Shown here one piece after another: positions 10,767 through 20,308 of a stretch of 64,000 nucleotides of DNA; positions within the stretch are counted from its first letter, which is position 1; the number at the start of each line of letters is the position of its first letter. The notes under the pieces are model-generated. The model saw only the letters and a program-made list of their open reading frames with translations, was not told the DNA's origin and ran no database searches. The position numbers were made by a program, and so were the translations under genes. Source of the stretch: a virus; the IMG/VR virus record IMGVR_UViG_3300002925_000022, positions 26,081 to 90,080 of that record; one strand, 5' to 3'.

Positions 10767-12191
10767 TCACTTCCCTTTACCCTTCACGCCCAGCTTTGCC
10801 AGGATTGTCGGATGGATCTTCTTGAACGGATGATTAGCTAGATTTACAGGTGGTTTCGGCTTCACCACTTGTGTTCCTACTCTTTGTGGCATAATCTGAA
10901 CATTAAGCGGTGTGATGCTCCACTGTTTCCTAGACCCCTTCTCGGATTCCCACTTTTCAATAACCTCTGAAAGTGTCCTGGACCAGTCTTCGATCATCTT
11001 GTCATAGCTGAATTCGTAATTCACATATTCAACAGCCTTAGTCTTCAGGGCTGTTTTCTCCTCGACAGTCATCTTATAGATTTTCATCAGGCCGTTAGCT
11101 ACGTCCTCTTTAGAGGCAAAGTCCTCATAGATGTATGGAACCATCTGGGAACCCACAAGCGCACGGATTGCCGGTTCAATAGCAGACCCAAGTTCTGTTC
11201 CGTCTCTATGGTCAATAACCTGACGAGTCAAACCACCTGTCTTCAAAGCAACTATTGGCTTCCCGCACTGTAAGGAAATGAGAGTCGACAGGCCGAATCC
11301 CTCATTTTTTGAAATGTTGATGCAGCAATCCGTCACATTGTGAAGGACATTCATGTGGTCAAAATTCAACTTCTGGACTGAAAACAGAACGTTATTCTGA
11401 AGCCCAAGAAGTTCTTGAACAGCAAGAAGGTTAGGGCCTTCTGGATCACCTGGATCCGTGTGCATCACAAGACATGCCTTCCGGTGCCCCTCTTCTTTTT
11501 CCAACTTATCTAAGAAAAGCTTCCAAGATTCCATCACATCGGACGGAAGCTTTCGAGTTGCATTTCGATTCACCCAAAGAGCTATGAACCAATCCGCCCT
11601 GGGACCAAAATTCTCTTTTCGAAGACGAACAACCTCATTCTCCGGCCCAGGGAAATAAATATGCTTTGGGAAAGCGTGCGGAATATAGTTGGTCTTCTCA
11701 GGGAAATGCGGTTTCACCATCTCGTAGGTTTTATACGAGAGACAGTTGATAAGATCGGTGGACTCATACCACACTTTGTTGAACACGGGGTAAGGATCAT
11801 TATCCCAGACATGCCAATAAGCAATCGGACAAAGCTGGTGAATCTCGTCCTCCACTTCCCAAAGCCAAATGAATTGACGAGGGTCTGTGAAAATGATGAT
11901 CGCATCTGGACGCTCGGTCATCAAAATGTTTCTCACTTGTTCCCGAGTCCCAAACCCATCCACTGGCTTGATAATGAAGTCAGGGTTCACTTGAATCAAC
12001 GAATAGTCAGGATGCTTGATCGCCCCACCAAGACAAAGGAACTTAAACTTGCCCGTTGCAATCAGTCCCTCAATGAGCAACCTTGCCTGCGTTCCTACTC
12101 CAGAAGGAGCAAGTGGATGATCGGACAAAAAAAGAATCTTCTTCTTCTCAAAAGAAGCCGTTACCGGTTCAGCTTGTTTGATCAGTGGCAT
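10767..12191 (-). CDS. Glycosyltransferase, GT-B fold (GT4-like)
   Basis: SDHPLAPSGVGTQ and NEGFGLSTLISLQCGKPIVALKTGGL motifs. Confidence 0.9.
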   Translation of the reverse strand: MPLIKQAEPVTASFEKKKILFLSDHPLAPSGVGTQARLLIEGLIATGKFKFLCLGGAIKHPDYSLIQVNPDFIIKPVDGFGTREQVRNILMTERPDAIIIFTDPRQFIWLWEVEDEIHQLCPIAYWHVWDNDPYPVFNKVWYESTDLINCLSYKTYEMVKPHFPEKTNYIPHAFPKHIYFPGPENEVVRLRKENFGPRADWFIALWVNRNATRKLPSDVMESWKLFLDKLEKEEGHRKACLVMHTDPGDPEGPNLLAVQELLGLQNNVLFSVQKLNFDHMNVLHNVTDCCINISKNEGFGLSTLISLQCGKPIVALKTGGLTRQVIDHRDGTELGSAIEPAIRALVGSQMVPYIYEDFASKEDVANGLMKIYKMTVEEKTALKTKAVEYVNYEFSYDKMIEDWSRTLSEVIEKWESEKGSRKQWSITPLNVQIMPQRVGTQVVKPKPPVNLANHPFKKIHPTILAKLGVKGKGK

Positions 12192-12225
12192 TTCTTACCT
12201 TTTCCACGTCATTGTCGAAAACAGA

Positions 12226-13035
12226 CTATAGGTTGTATCTAACCCTAATGGATTCGGGTAGGTTCTTAGTGTCATACCGAAGAGCCAATGGAATAGTCCA
12301 CTCATACCCCAATGAGATCTCTAAATTCTGATTGTTCTTCTCAAAATCCCAGTTCAACCACTTCTCCTCGTACCAACCCTCATTTGGCGGACTATCCCCA
12401 ATAATCCTGGAAAATGCCAAAGCAGTTAGGTGCTTCCAATACATGTTCTGAGGGGATAAACAGAAACCAAGGTTGTGAACCCTAGCAGGAAGCCTGTGAA
12501 TGTTCTCAGAAGCCCCGTTAAAGCCCGTCTCACCCATCGGTGATCCAAAGATACGATGGAACACCACAGACGTTCTATTGGGCCTCTCAGGCACATAGTA
12601 CTCTGGTGTCTTCCACAGTTCCACCTGTCTGGTGGTTGCCTGGACCCCAGCATAGAGATTCCAAGAGGCAAAAGCCTTCTCAACTTCCACGGCACTGAAC
12701 ACATGATCAGGTTCAATGAAGACCGCAGTATAGGGCTTGCACCTCTTCAAAATGAGATCGTTGATGATATGAGTTAGCTGATTCTTGGGAGTGGGCCAGT
12801 AGTCGTCGATGATTTCAACCTTAGGTTCATTCATTCCCAGAACCTTCTGCCGGGTTTTATCAAACTCTTCTGGCCAAGAGACCCATTCACCCTTGTAGGT
12901 TACCCCTTTGGTGTTTCCCCAAGGCTTCTCAGCTTTGACCACGTAAACACGATCCACATAGGGGAGAATGGAACGTATAGACTCCTGGATGAAATCTTCA
13001 CCGTAAAGGACACGGTAGACAGCTACGGTGTTCAT
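12226..13035 (-). CDS. Glycosyltransferase-like protein (GT-A/GT2-like)
   Basis: GEDFIQESIRSILPYVDRVYVV and FIEPDHV (DxD-like). Start at 13035 inferred from an ATGA overlap with the upstream stop. Confidence 0.65.
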   Translation of the reverse strand: MNTVAVYRVLYGEDFIQESIRSILPYVDRVYVVKAEKPWGNTKGVTYKGEWVSWPEEFDKTRQKVLGMNEPKVEIIDDYWPTPKNQLTHIINDLILKRCKPYTAVFIEPDHVFSAVEVEKAFASWNLYAGVQATTRQVELWKTPEYYVPERPNRTSVVFHRIFGSPMGETGFNGASENIHRLPARVHNLGFCLSPQNMYWKHLTALAFSRIIGDSPPNEGWYEEKWLNWDFEKNNQNLEISLGYEWTIPLALRYDTKNLPESIRVRYNL

Positions 13036-13949
13036 GTTACTGTTGGAATGAAGTTGCACGTTCTTGTTCCGCTGTTGAGGATATTGGAAATTAGGTTGAA
13101 GTTCAGGTTAGCGAGATTATTCCCAAGTGTCTTGTTCCTTGAGTGATCCAATCTCTGAAAGGGTTCAAACACGACCATGGGAACAATCCCTATTCTGGAG
13201 TAGTTCATTAGGTGTTCAGTGTCCTCACCCCAAAACTTCTGGAATCTCTCGTCATACCCATTTTGAATCATGACATGCCTGTTCCCAAAATAGAGGCCAT
13301 TACCAAGATGAGGGTGATTTTTCAGATTCAAAACACCATTGTTGGGAAGTTGCTGGAATTTCTCAATGATATTAGTGAACTGCGAGTAGGTCAGCCTCAC
13401 ATCCACATCCAACAAAAACATATGATCGTAACTTGCATTCTGGAGACACTGGTTCCGGGCATAAGCCATGTGGAACTTCTCCATTGGTTCTTTCTTTACT
13501 CGTATACCTGCTGGCAATTCTGCATCACCAAATAAAACCACACTGATTTCCATGTTATCCAGCAGCCATTCCCTGTAATGGTTGATAGATTCACGGAAAA
13601 GAGAAAGATATGGTTCGTCCGCCGTGCAGATGAACCCAAAGGTAACTCCGGGAATGTACTTAGTTACCGGCTTTTGTGGGAAAAGCAGATGGATATGAGA
13701 ATCCTTCTCTTTCAAAAGAAAGAGATGGAACGAACCATCATCATAAGTGATTGCTTCAATGAGTTTCCCACTTGAAATATCGATTTCCCGTGGAGTGCGG
13801 TAGTCCCAAACCCCTATCATCGAATGAATGGGCATCAAAGAGAAATGCTTCTCGAAGTCTACGACATTCGTGAAGAAATAATGGGGTCCAGCGCAGTAGG
13901 GTGTTGTGCCATTGAACTTGTGAATGGCACTCTCAAGGGTGTGATTCAT
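13032..13949 (-). CDS. Glycosyltransferase (GT-A, GT7 C-terminal-like)
   Basis: AYARNQC...FLLDVD (DxD) ...GYDERFQKFWGEDTE. Confidence 0.75.
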   Translation of the reverse strand: MNHTLESAIHKFNGTTPYCAGPHYFFTNVVDFEKHFSLMPIHSMIGVWDYRTPREIDISSGKLIEAITYDDGSFHLFLLKEKDSHIHLLFPQKPVTKYIPGVTFGFICTADEPYLSLFRESINHYREWLLDNMEISVVLFGDAELPAGIRVKKEPMEKFHMAYARNQCLQNASYDHMFLLDVDVRLTYSQFTNIIEKFQQLPNNGVLNLKNHPHLGNGLYFGNRHVMIQNGYDERFQKFWGEDTEHLMNYSRIGIVPMVVFEPFQRLDHSRNKTLGNNLANLNFNLISNILNSGTRTCNFIPTVT

Positions 13950-13999
13950 TCAACGAATTTACCAAGTCCTGCTTCCTTTGTATGCTAACGATGGGTGCT

Positions 14000-14140
14000 T
14001 CCCTGAAGTCTCCAAATCAAAAACAGACTTGGGAACACACCCAACTGTTCCCCCCAACACTCCTGGATAATCCGGGATCATCCCCAAGGATCAATCACAA
14101 CAGACCCAGACGTAAACTTTTACCCAGTAGTCTCCAGTTA
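14000..14140 (-). pseudogene. Decayed duplicate of the ugd 3' end
   Basis: Reads DY..KFTSGSVVIDPWG(M)IPDYPGV versus ugd DYKFPPGSVVIDPWRMIPEQPGV (about 14880-14950), with a 1-nt deletion and a stop. Confidence 0.7.
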
Positions 14141-14187
14141 TAAGATCATACACCTATTTTGAGTGGTGCTTCCGTTGTTGGAACGGT

Positions 14188-14763
14188 TCACCCCTCTGAG
14201 GGGGGCAATAGCGGAAGCTGGCGCTGGTGCAGCGGTACTCGGCCAACATGTTCCCGCACAATACGATCAACTGCTGGATCGAACGGCAATGCAGCAGGGC
14301 CAATCTCCCACCGGACCTTGCGACCAGGCTGTTGGGCGGGCTTCCGCCGTCGGCTTGGCCGATCGAACTCTCCCCCACGAGATATGGCTGTAGGATGCCA
14401 GCCGCACGCTCGATAGATCGTGCCAGCCTCGCCGAGCAGAGTATACGACACCAACCGTGTCCACCCAAGGGCGAAAGCAGTTCTGGTCAACGCAGCGAGA
14501 GCTTTGGAGGCCGCATGCGGCGTTGACCCGTCGCTGGCAACTCGTGTCACCTCTGCTACATATGCACTTGGAGTAGCGTTTCCTATCAATCTAGCCGTTG
14601 GCCGCCCAAGGATGGCAACGCAGACCAGAGTTCCGGCAGCCTCGACACCGACAGCGAAAAGACCAAACTGCGGTCGATCGAGGTGCGAGTGCTTTGCATG
14701 TACGAATTCCATAGCCTCCTTCAGCGTGACAGGGCGGACTCTTAACAATGGTTCTTTCATCAC
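14188..14763 (-). CDS. XF1762-family / Mom-like GNAT-fold protein (putative DNA modification)
   Basis: AMEFVHAKHSH...VAILGRPTAR...AEVTRVASDG...ALGWTRLVSYTL...GTIYRACGW. Visibly more GC-rich than its flanks. Confidence 0.7.
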   Translation of the reverse strand: MMKEPLLRVRPVTLKEAMEFVHAKHSHLDRPQFGLFAVGVEAAGTLVCVAILGRPTARLIGNATPSAYVAEVTRVASDGSTPHAASKALAALTRTAFALGWTRLVSYTLLGEAGTIYRACGWHPTAISRGGEFDRPSRRRKPAQQPGRKVRWEIGPAALPFDPAVDRIVREHVGRVPLHQRQLPLLPPSEG

Positions 14764-17198
14764 GTTGACCGCTTACCCATGGCTGCCGCCGACTCGGCCT
14801 CTTGAGTCTCCACAGGGGCATCAAAAGGTTTAAAAAAGTGACCCTGCTTGGGTGCGCGACCGATTCCAAAGACAACCACCCCTGGCTGTTCCGGTATCAT
14901 TCTCCAAGGATCAATCACCACAGAACCCGGAGGGAACTTGTAATCTCGAAATACAGCATGACGTGTTCCAATAAAGAAACACTTGGCTGGTCCGTCAGCA
15001 TACGGATTCACTGTTTTGTCAACAGCATTGTCTACCCAGGGATCATACATTTCAGCTTCAATTCCTCTCTCAGCTAGGATGTTCTTCAGCAGGATTGCCG
15101 ATGAACCAACCTCAAGATTGGTCTGTTCCTTGAATGCTTTGCCAAGAATGACAACCGGAAGGGTCTTGTGCCCTTTCAGCGTGTAATCCTCAACAGAATA
15201 GATCGGCACGTTTCGGTGCTTCTCCACCAGATTTGCAAGGAAGTCCGTCTGTTTCTCCCGAGCCATCATAATGGCCTCGTGGAAGTCAAAGGTCATACCG
15301 AGCTTCCTGGAGAGCCAGGAGAGAGCGATATTGTCCCTTGGGTGACAGTTGTGATTGACGCCTGCCTCGGAAACATAGGTATGGGTGCCTTCCACATTCA
15401 TGTTCCAGACTGTTCCCTCATACTCAACCACTTCCATCTTTTCAATGGCGTGATATGAGAGATTGCCGATGAATGGCAATGTGTCGTACCGCCTTGCCTG
15501 CATTTGGTGCTTGATTGGCATTTCAACCAAAGCAGCCAACTGTTCAATGTATTTCGCGTTTCTTACGCTAACTTCCCAGCTTTCACGGTAAAACACATCA
15601 TCAGAACCAGTCCTGGCTGGGTGATATTGAAGTGTATTCAGAATGTCAAACCTTCGAAGCAGAAGAGACACGCCATAAGCGAGATGTCTGGAGATGGTAG
15701 AGAAATTGAATCCTTCAGTATTGGCGGATCCATGTCCTCTCCACAATCCCCTCAAAATGGCCTTGGCATCAGCATCAGAACCAAACATCACCCACTTCGG
15801 AAGCGACTTGTCAACACAGCCTTTTCCAAAGTCTCCCAAAAGACGACGGGCCAAACTGGCGCTGTTATACCGAAGAGTCTCTCCTTGAGACCCTTCTTTA
15901 AGGATCCTGGTGGTGTATGCTTCTGGATCAAGAACCTTGATACACCTGTCAATCTCTGACAGGTAATCCTGTTCATTTGCGTGAAGTTGGAATTCCACAC
16001 GCTTTGGGTTGTCCGGGCTTGCCCCCCAGAGTGTGCCTCCAGAGAGATAATAGCCAGCAATGGTCATGTAGGCCAAATGCTGTTCATCACATTGATAAAA
16101 CACCGTTCCAATGGGCCGTGGGAATACCAAGAAATGAATACCAGAACGAAGGTCTTGAGCCTGCATCCTTATTGGGGGTTGACCCTCTTCTGCTGCCTCA
16201 AAAGGATGCTCTGGAGTCACGTAGGTTTCCGGTAGCCCACGAGCCTTTATCTTAATGATTGGACCCTTGTAAGGGCGCTTGTAGGTCTCCAAAACAGTTC
16301 TCAAGGTGCCATCACCAGAAAGAACCTTCATTCCAGGTTCAATATCTTGAATCTGAACCGGACCATTTTCACCATAAACGATGCCATTCGGAAGCAAGCA
16401 ACCTCCACCATCACCCATACCTGCGGTCAGGTACTTCGGGGAAATCAGTCTCTCCTTAGCCAGTTTCAAGGCATTGGTCACTTCATCAACATCTGCCCCG
16501 GTGTGGTGACAGACTTCCATCAGATTATTCACAAAGGCAATCTTCGTAGAGATAAAGGTGTTATAGGCCACCTTGATCAATTCAGCACTCTTGATGGAAC
16601 ACCGATAGAAGGGCGCATTGTGAATCGTCTTGTAGAAGGCTTCAGCAATGTCTGCTGCCTTCTCATCGCTCATGCCAAACAGAACAAACTCGGGATGTTC
16701 AAAATCATACCGGGTCGTTCCCATAGCAATGAAGAACGGGTTGTAACAGAGCTTGAAGTGAGGTCCAAGAAGAGGAATCACCTTTGAATCCATCGTGCCT
16801 GGAAGGACCGTGGAAATAACCACGACTGGCTTGTCTTTGCCAGTCTTCTCAATGGCATCGTTGAGTTGTTTGCAAGCTTCAATCAGGTAGCTGTAGTCAA
16901 AATCTACACGTTCTTCTGGAATCCGTGTTATCCCCTCGTAACGAGGGTCATGCGGTGTCTGAACAGCCACAAAGATGAGATCCGCAAAATCTACCAACTC
17001 CTGGACAGGTACCACACGAATCTTGGTATTAACCAGGAGTTCTGGCGTTCCTTCCTCACGGTAAGGGATTTTCTTATCTCGGATATACCCGGCGACTGCT
17101 GGATTGGGGTCATACCCAACCACTTCATGACCTGCCGCCTCTGAAGCTAGAGCACATGGCAAACCAAGTTTCCCCAAGCCTACAAAACCTATACGCAT
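14760..17198 (-). CDS. ugd: UDP-glucose/GDP-mannose 6-dehydrogenase, intein-containing
   Basis: Rossmann GLGKLG, AVQTP, STVLPGT, SAELIKVAYNTFISTKI, GGG/CHPRD, LGKAFK and YDP motifs. Confidence 0.92.
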   Translation of the reverse strand: MRIGFVGLGKLGLPCALASEAAGHEVVGYDPNPAVAGYIRDKKIPYREEGTPELLVNTKIRVVPVQELVDFADLIFVAVQTPHDPRYEGITRIPEERVDFDYSYLIEACKQLNDAIEKTGKDKPVVVISTVLPGTMDSKVIPLLGPHFKLCYNPFFIAMGTTRYDFEHPEFVLFGMSDEKAADIAEAFYKTIHNAPFYRCSIKSAELIKVAYNTFISTKIAFVNNLMEVCHHTGADVDEVTNALKLAKERLISPKYLTAGMGDGGGCLLPNGIVYGENGPVQIQDIEPGMKVLSGDGTLRTVLETYKRPYKGPIIKIKARGLPETYVTPEHPFEAAEEGQPPIRMQAQDLRSGIHFLVFPRPIGTVFYQCDEQHLAYMTIAGYYLSGGTLWGASPDNPKRVEFQLHANEQDYLSEIDRCIKVLDPEAYTTRILKEGSQGETLRYNSASLARRLLGDFGKGCVDKSLPKWVMFGSDADAKAILRGLWRGHGSANTEGFNFSTISRHLAYGVSLLLRRFDILNTLQYHPARTGSDDVFYRESWEVSVRNAKYIEQLAALVEMPIKHQMQARRYDTLPFIGNLSYHAIEKMEVVEYEGTVWNMNVEGTHTYVSEAGVNHNCHPRDNIALSWLSRKLGMTFDFHEAIMMAREKQTDFLANLVEKHRNVPIYSVEDYTLKGHKTLPVVILGKAFKEQTNLEVGSSAILLKNILAERGIEAEMYDPWVDNAVDKTVNPYADGPAKCFFIGTRHAVFRDYKFPPGSVVIDPWRMIPEQPGVVVFGIGRAPKQGHFFKPFDAPVETQEAESAAAMGKRST
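15348..16400 (-). mobile_element. Intein (351 aa) with LAGLIDADG-type endonuclease domain, in ugd
   Basis: Begins C-LLPNG, has block B TPEHPF and block F VWNMNVEGTHTY, ends VNHN followed by +1 Cys. Removal restores GGG-CHPRD. Confidence 0.93.
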
Positions 17199-17235
17199 TT
17201 CAATTCTAACCTTTCCTTTATAGTATTAACGAACT

Positions 17236-17470
17236 AAGCTTCTAGTTCAAATCAAAGAACATTGCGACCCGTGTTCTTGGCAGCTACCAAAGTCGTCCCC
17301 GAACCAGCGAATGGGTCCAGAACAAAGTCGCCAAGATTTTAGGATGCCCTAATGATAGTCTATATCATCTGCAAAGGTTTTTGATCTGGATGCCCTACCC
17401 GTTCTTTTGAGAGATGACCAAGCAAAGCGGGAAATTCAAGGACATCCCTTGGAAAAACCACTTTATTAGT
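17236..17470 (-). pseudogene. N4C/N6A DNA methyltransferase C-terminal remnant
   Basis: PRDVLEFP...GHPDQKPLQMI*TIIRAS*NLGDFVLDPFAGSGTTLVAAKNTGRNVL*FEL, with three in-frame stops. Confidence 0.85.
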
Positions 17471-17588
17471 TTGACTTCCTCCCCGGCCTGAGAAGCATTA
17501 TAGGATGGCATCGCCGTCCTCGCTATCCATCCAAGCCCTGAACAGCGTGGATTTCCGAATACCGGGTCAGAAAATAAGTTTTGTTCCT

Positions 17589-18218
17589 CTAGAGGATTAA
17601 CAGACATGTTACTCCAGGGGTGTCGTACACGGTAAAAAGATTGAGCCGAAGGAACGTTTTGTACCCGAATCCCCGGAAGAACTCAATCCACTGTTCCTTG
17701 GTCTTGCAGTTGATATGGGTGGGATCCTGACGAGATATTTCCAGTGCAAAGGTCTTTCCGCCATCCACAGAGGAAGGAATTCTGACCACCATGCACTTGG
17801 GATTTAGGGTGGTAATCACCTCTGAAATCTGTCCATCCGTCATGTGTTCAAACACATCCAAGGCTGTCATGACGTGGGCGGTAAATGGAACAAAGTTATA
17901 GGGGGACCAGTAATAGATGTTGTTCCCCCGTTCTCGCCCATTTTGTATAGCCCATTCGGAAACCTCGTACCCAATTGTGTTCTTGAACCCAAGTTCCTGA
18001 AAGCCTTCCAGGAGGAAACCGACAGCACACCCGTAGTCAATAATGTTGCTTTCCTTTTGTACAAGGTTTAGTTTCCGAAGAAGATCGGCCACTTCGTAAG
18101 CTGTCTTCTTGTACCGGTCGGTTCTTTCCAGGTAGTCAGCGTAGTTCGATGACTGGTAATACTTGGCTGTGTAAGCCGAAGGATCAACAGGGACATCTGG
18201 AGACTTTGGCAGTTCCAT
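17589..18218 (-). CDS. Class I SAM-dependent methyltransferase
   Basis: IIDYGCAVGFLL (motif I), GYEVSEWA, ALDVFEHM. ATG at 18218 with a GGAG RBS. Confidence 0.85.
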   Translation of the reverse strand: MELPKSPDVPVDPSAYTAKYYQSSNYADYLERTDRYKKTAYEVADLLRKLNLVQKESNIIDYGCAVGFLLEGFQELGFKNTIGYEVSEWAIQNGRERGNNIYYWSPYNFVPFTAHVMTALDVFEHMTDGQISEVITTLNPKCMVVRIPSSVDGGKTFALEISRQDPTHINCKTKEQWIEFFRGFGYKTFLRLNLFTVYDTPGVTCLLIL

Positions 18219-18594
18219 AGGAATACTCCACTTCCACCTATTTGAGTGGGCTTTGTGCAATCTTCAGGCCAACTTTTTTTCAACTGCTTATTGACGGCAT
18301 ACAAAACCAGGGCCCACCCTGGAGGGGAACGTAGGATGCAAACAAACATTTCGGTTCCAAAAAGAGTTAACCATCTTCAAGCCCGCCTTTCGGAGCTTTT
18401 TTTCAAGGATTGCAAACTCGACGCTGGCATAGACTGAACCAGATAAGTGGTAATGTCGGTATGTTCCCATAGAACAAGTTCCAGACTGGTTGCACAAGGG
18501 TCCAGCGTAAGAAGAACAAGCCAGTAGGCGAGGTATGGACCCAGAGTGAACGGTAAGAACACCAAACCGACTGTTATTGTGTTGTGACCCTTGT

Positions 18595-18780
18595 CTATAG
18601 GGCGGGAAGTAGACCGAACACGTCATTTGTTTTCATCGACTCCAAGTCTCGCAGGATTTTAGAATCAATGTCTTCCAAAATGCTCTTCGCTAATACTTCT
18701 ACAATTTTACTGTCAGTACTATCAACCTTCAATCCGGCCTTACGCAGTTGTTTTTGAAGCTTTCTATCTTCCATCATCAT
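18595..18780 (-). CDS. Small hypothetical protein
   Basis: 61 aa with upstream GAGAGG. Shares LRKAGLK with the next small ORF (18288-about 18470). Confidence 0.4.
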   Translation of the reverse strand: MMMEDRKLQKQLRKAGLKVDSTDSKIVEVLAKSILEDIDSKILRDLESMKTNDVFGLLPAL

Positions 18781-18856
18781 CCTCTCGTATGCGCCAGGAG
18801 AACCAGTCTAGTTCATTCCTTCAGTGTAAAGCTGGAAAGAAGAGTCCTGGAGGTAG

Positions 18857-19930
18857 CTAGGCGAAGTTCTTGTCGGGGAGTTCAGTGATGACGGAAGCAA
18901 GGATCTGATTGTTGTTATGGTAATAACAATGCCAACACTGTCCCTGGATATCAATGTCATAAGGGTTGCCACCGGCCTTGAATTTGGCGTTCATAGCATC
19001 CCAAGTCTCCTTGATTTTATCCGAGTCGCATAGCTTCCAGGTGTCGTGATAGTTCCGATGCTTCAGCACGTGGGAAGTGCAAATGTACACGCCATTCCAG
19101 ACCCAATAAGGGCGAAGCATTCCCACCCAACAACCGCCTTGGTAGGGATGAAAGGTTTCTCCGATCTCCTTGATGAAAAACTTGGAGTTGATGTCCACAG
19201 CCTTCACAATATCGCCCCAATCCTGTTTGATAGTAATGGAATTCTCGGTGAGGCAGTCGGAAGCAATCCGTACAAACTTGATCTCTGGATTCAACTCCAC
19301 CAACTTGGCAATCTTTTCAATTGACTGGACGGTGGTTCCCTCGTAAATGATGTAGGAGAACCCCATCTTAGAGATGGGAAATCCAGTGAAATCGTAGTCC
19401 TCTGGATTTTTCCCCTCATCAAGCTTAATCAGAGAAATACGAATCCAGGATAGCTTCTCGGCGTTCTCTGTCTTAATGTGCCTGGAGAGCTTCTCGGTAT
19501 TGGTGATGACGCCAATCTCGTAACCAAGCGAATGGGCCAATTCAATGACATGATTAATGTTTTTTCCCCCGTCCTTGTAAAGTAGGGGATTGCCACCACC
19601 AGTGATCTCCACAGACTTGGCACCAAGTTCCCGGAACTCTCGAAGGCCTTTCTCAATCAAAGTAAAAGGGATCTTCTTGTCAACCGGCCTCCAGGACACC
19701 GAACAGAATGGGCAATTTGAGTCGCAAGCCTCAGTAGGTGAAAGTTGAACGGTAATAGGCTTGAACTTCTTTTCATTCTGGATGGAATGCAGAACGTCAG
19801 TATGCTGTAGAAGCTTGCCGCCCCAGGTTGAATAAGCTTGAGTCTGTTGTTCGTAACTCAAGTTTTCCTTGACGGCTGCACCAACAGGCTGCTGACCCGG
19901 TTGAATCACGTTTAGACTTGTTTTAGCCAT
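18857..19930 (-). CDS. Radical SAM protein with C-terminal Cys-rich (SPASM/Twitch-like) region
   Basis: CDSNCPFC (CX3CX2C), VEITGGGNPLL, C-terminal CWVG...YICTS...CWHCYY. Confidence 0.9.
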   Translation of the reverse strand: MAKTSLNVIQPGQQPVGAAVKENLSYEQQTQAYSTWGGKLLQHTDVLHSIQNEKKFKPITVQLSPTEACDSNCPFCSVSWRPVDKKIPFTLIEKGLREFRELGAKSVEITGGGNPLLYKDGGKNINHVIELAHSLGYEIGVITNTEKLSRHIKTENAEKLSWIRISLIKLDEGKNPEDYDFTGFPISKMGFSYIIYEGTTVQSIEKIAKLVELNPEIKFVRIASDCLTENSITIKQDWGDIVKAVDINSKFFIKEIGETFHPYQGGCWVGMLRPYWVWNGVYICTSHVLKHRNYHDTWKLCDSDKIKETWDAMNAKFKAGGNPYDIDIQGQCWHCYYHNNNQILASVITELPDKNFA

Positions 19931-20306
19931 GTTGCCTCACCTGTTGTTCTTCGTCGAAAACTGTTGGACCGCCCATCAAAAGGCCAAAATGGCTTTCATA
20001 GCCGGTATTAGAGAAAACCTCATCTCCTGAAGCCTTGCTTTCAAGTTCACGGAAAACCGCATCAGGTGTACCCAAAGAGGGATTGATGAAGACCTGAACG
20101 TTAAGACCTTTCCGAATGTACTTCCGAAGACTATAGAACTCCACGGCGGTCTTGTGATCATCATTATCAACCCAAAGAAGAATCTCAACCTTGTCAAAGT
20201 TTTGACCGGTCCTTGCCCTCCAAGCTTCGTAGTCAACCACACTGTCGAGAAACTTGAACAGTGTGGCAGGATCTCTAGGGAAATACAAGCAAACGCTGGT
20301 TGACAT
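19923..20306 (-). CDS. Short degenerate paralog of the neighbouring GT2 N-terminus
   Basis: VEILLWVDNDD...SKASGDEVF aligns by eye with LEIVFYMDKDD...KVATGDIF in the 20309-21031 protein. Confidence 0.5.
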   Translation of the reverse strand: MSTSVCLYFPRDPATLFKFLDSVVDYEAWRARTGQNFDKVEILLWVDNDDHKTAVEFYSLRKYIRKGLNVQVFINPSLGTPDAVFRELESKASGDEVFSNTGYESHFGLLMGGPTVFDEEQQVRQHG

Positions 20307-20308
20307 GA

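Noticed and set aside
17236-17470. Stop-codon recoding (alternative genetic code)
   Set aside because: The interrupted methylase contains all three stop types, and intact genes end normally in TAG (for example the radical SAM gene), TAA or TGA.
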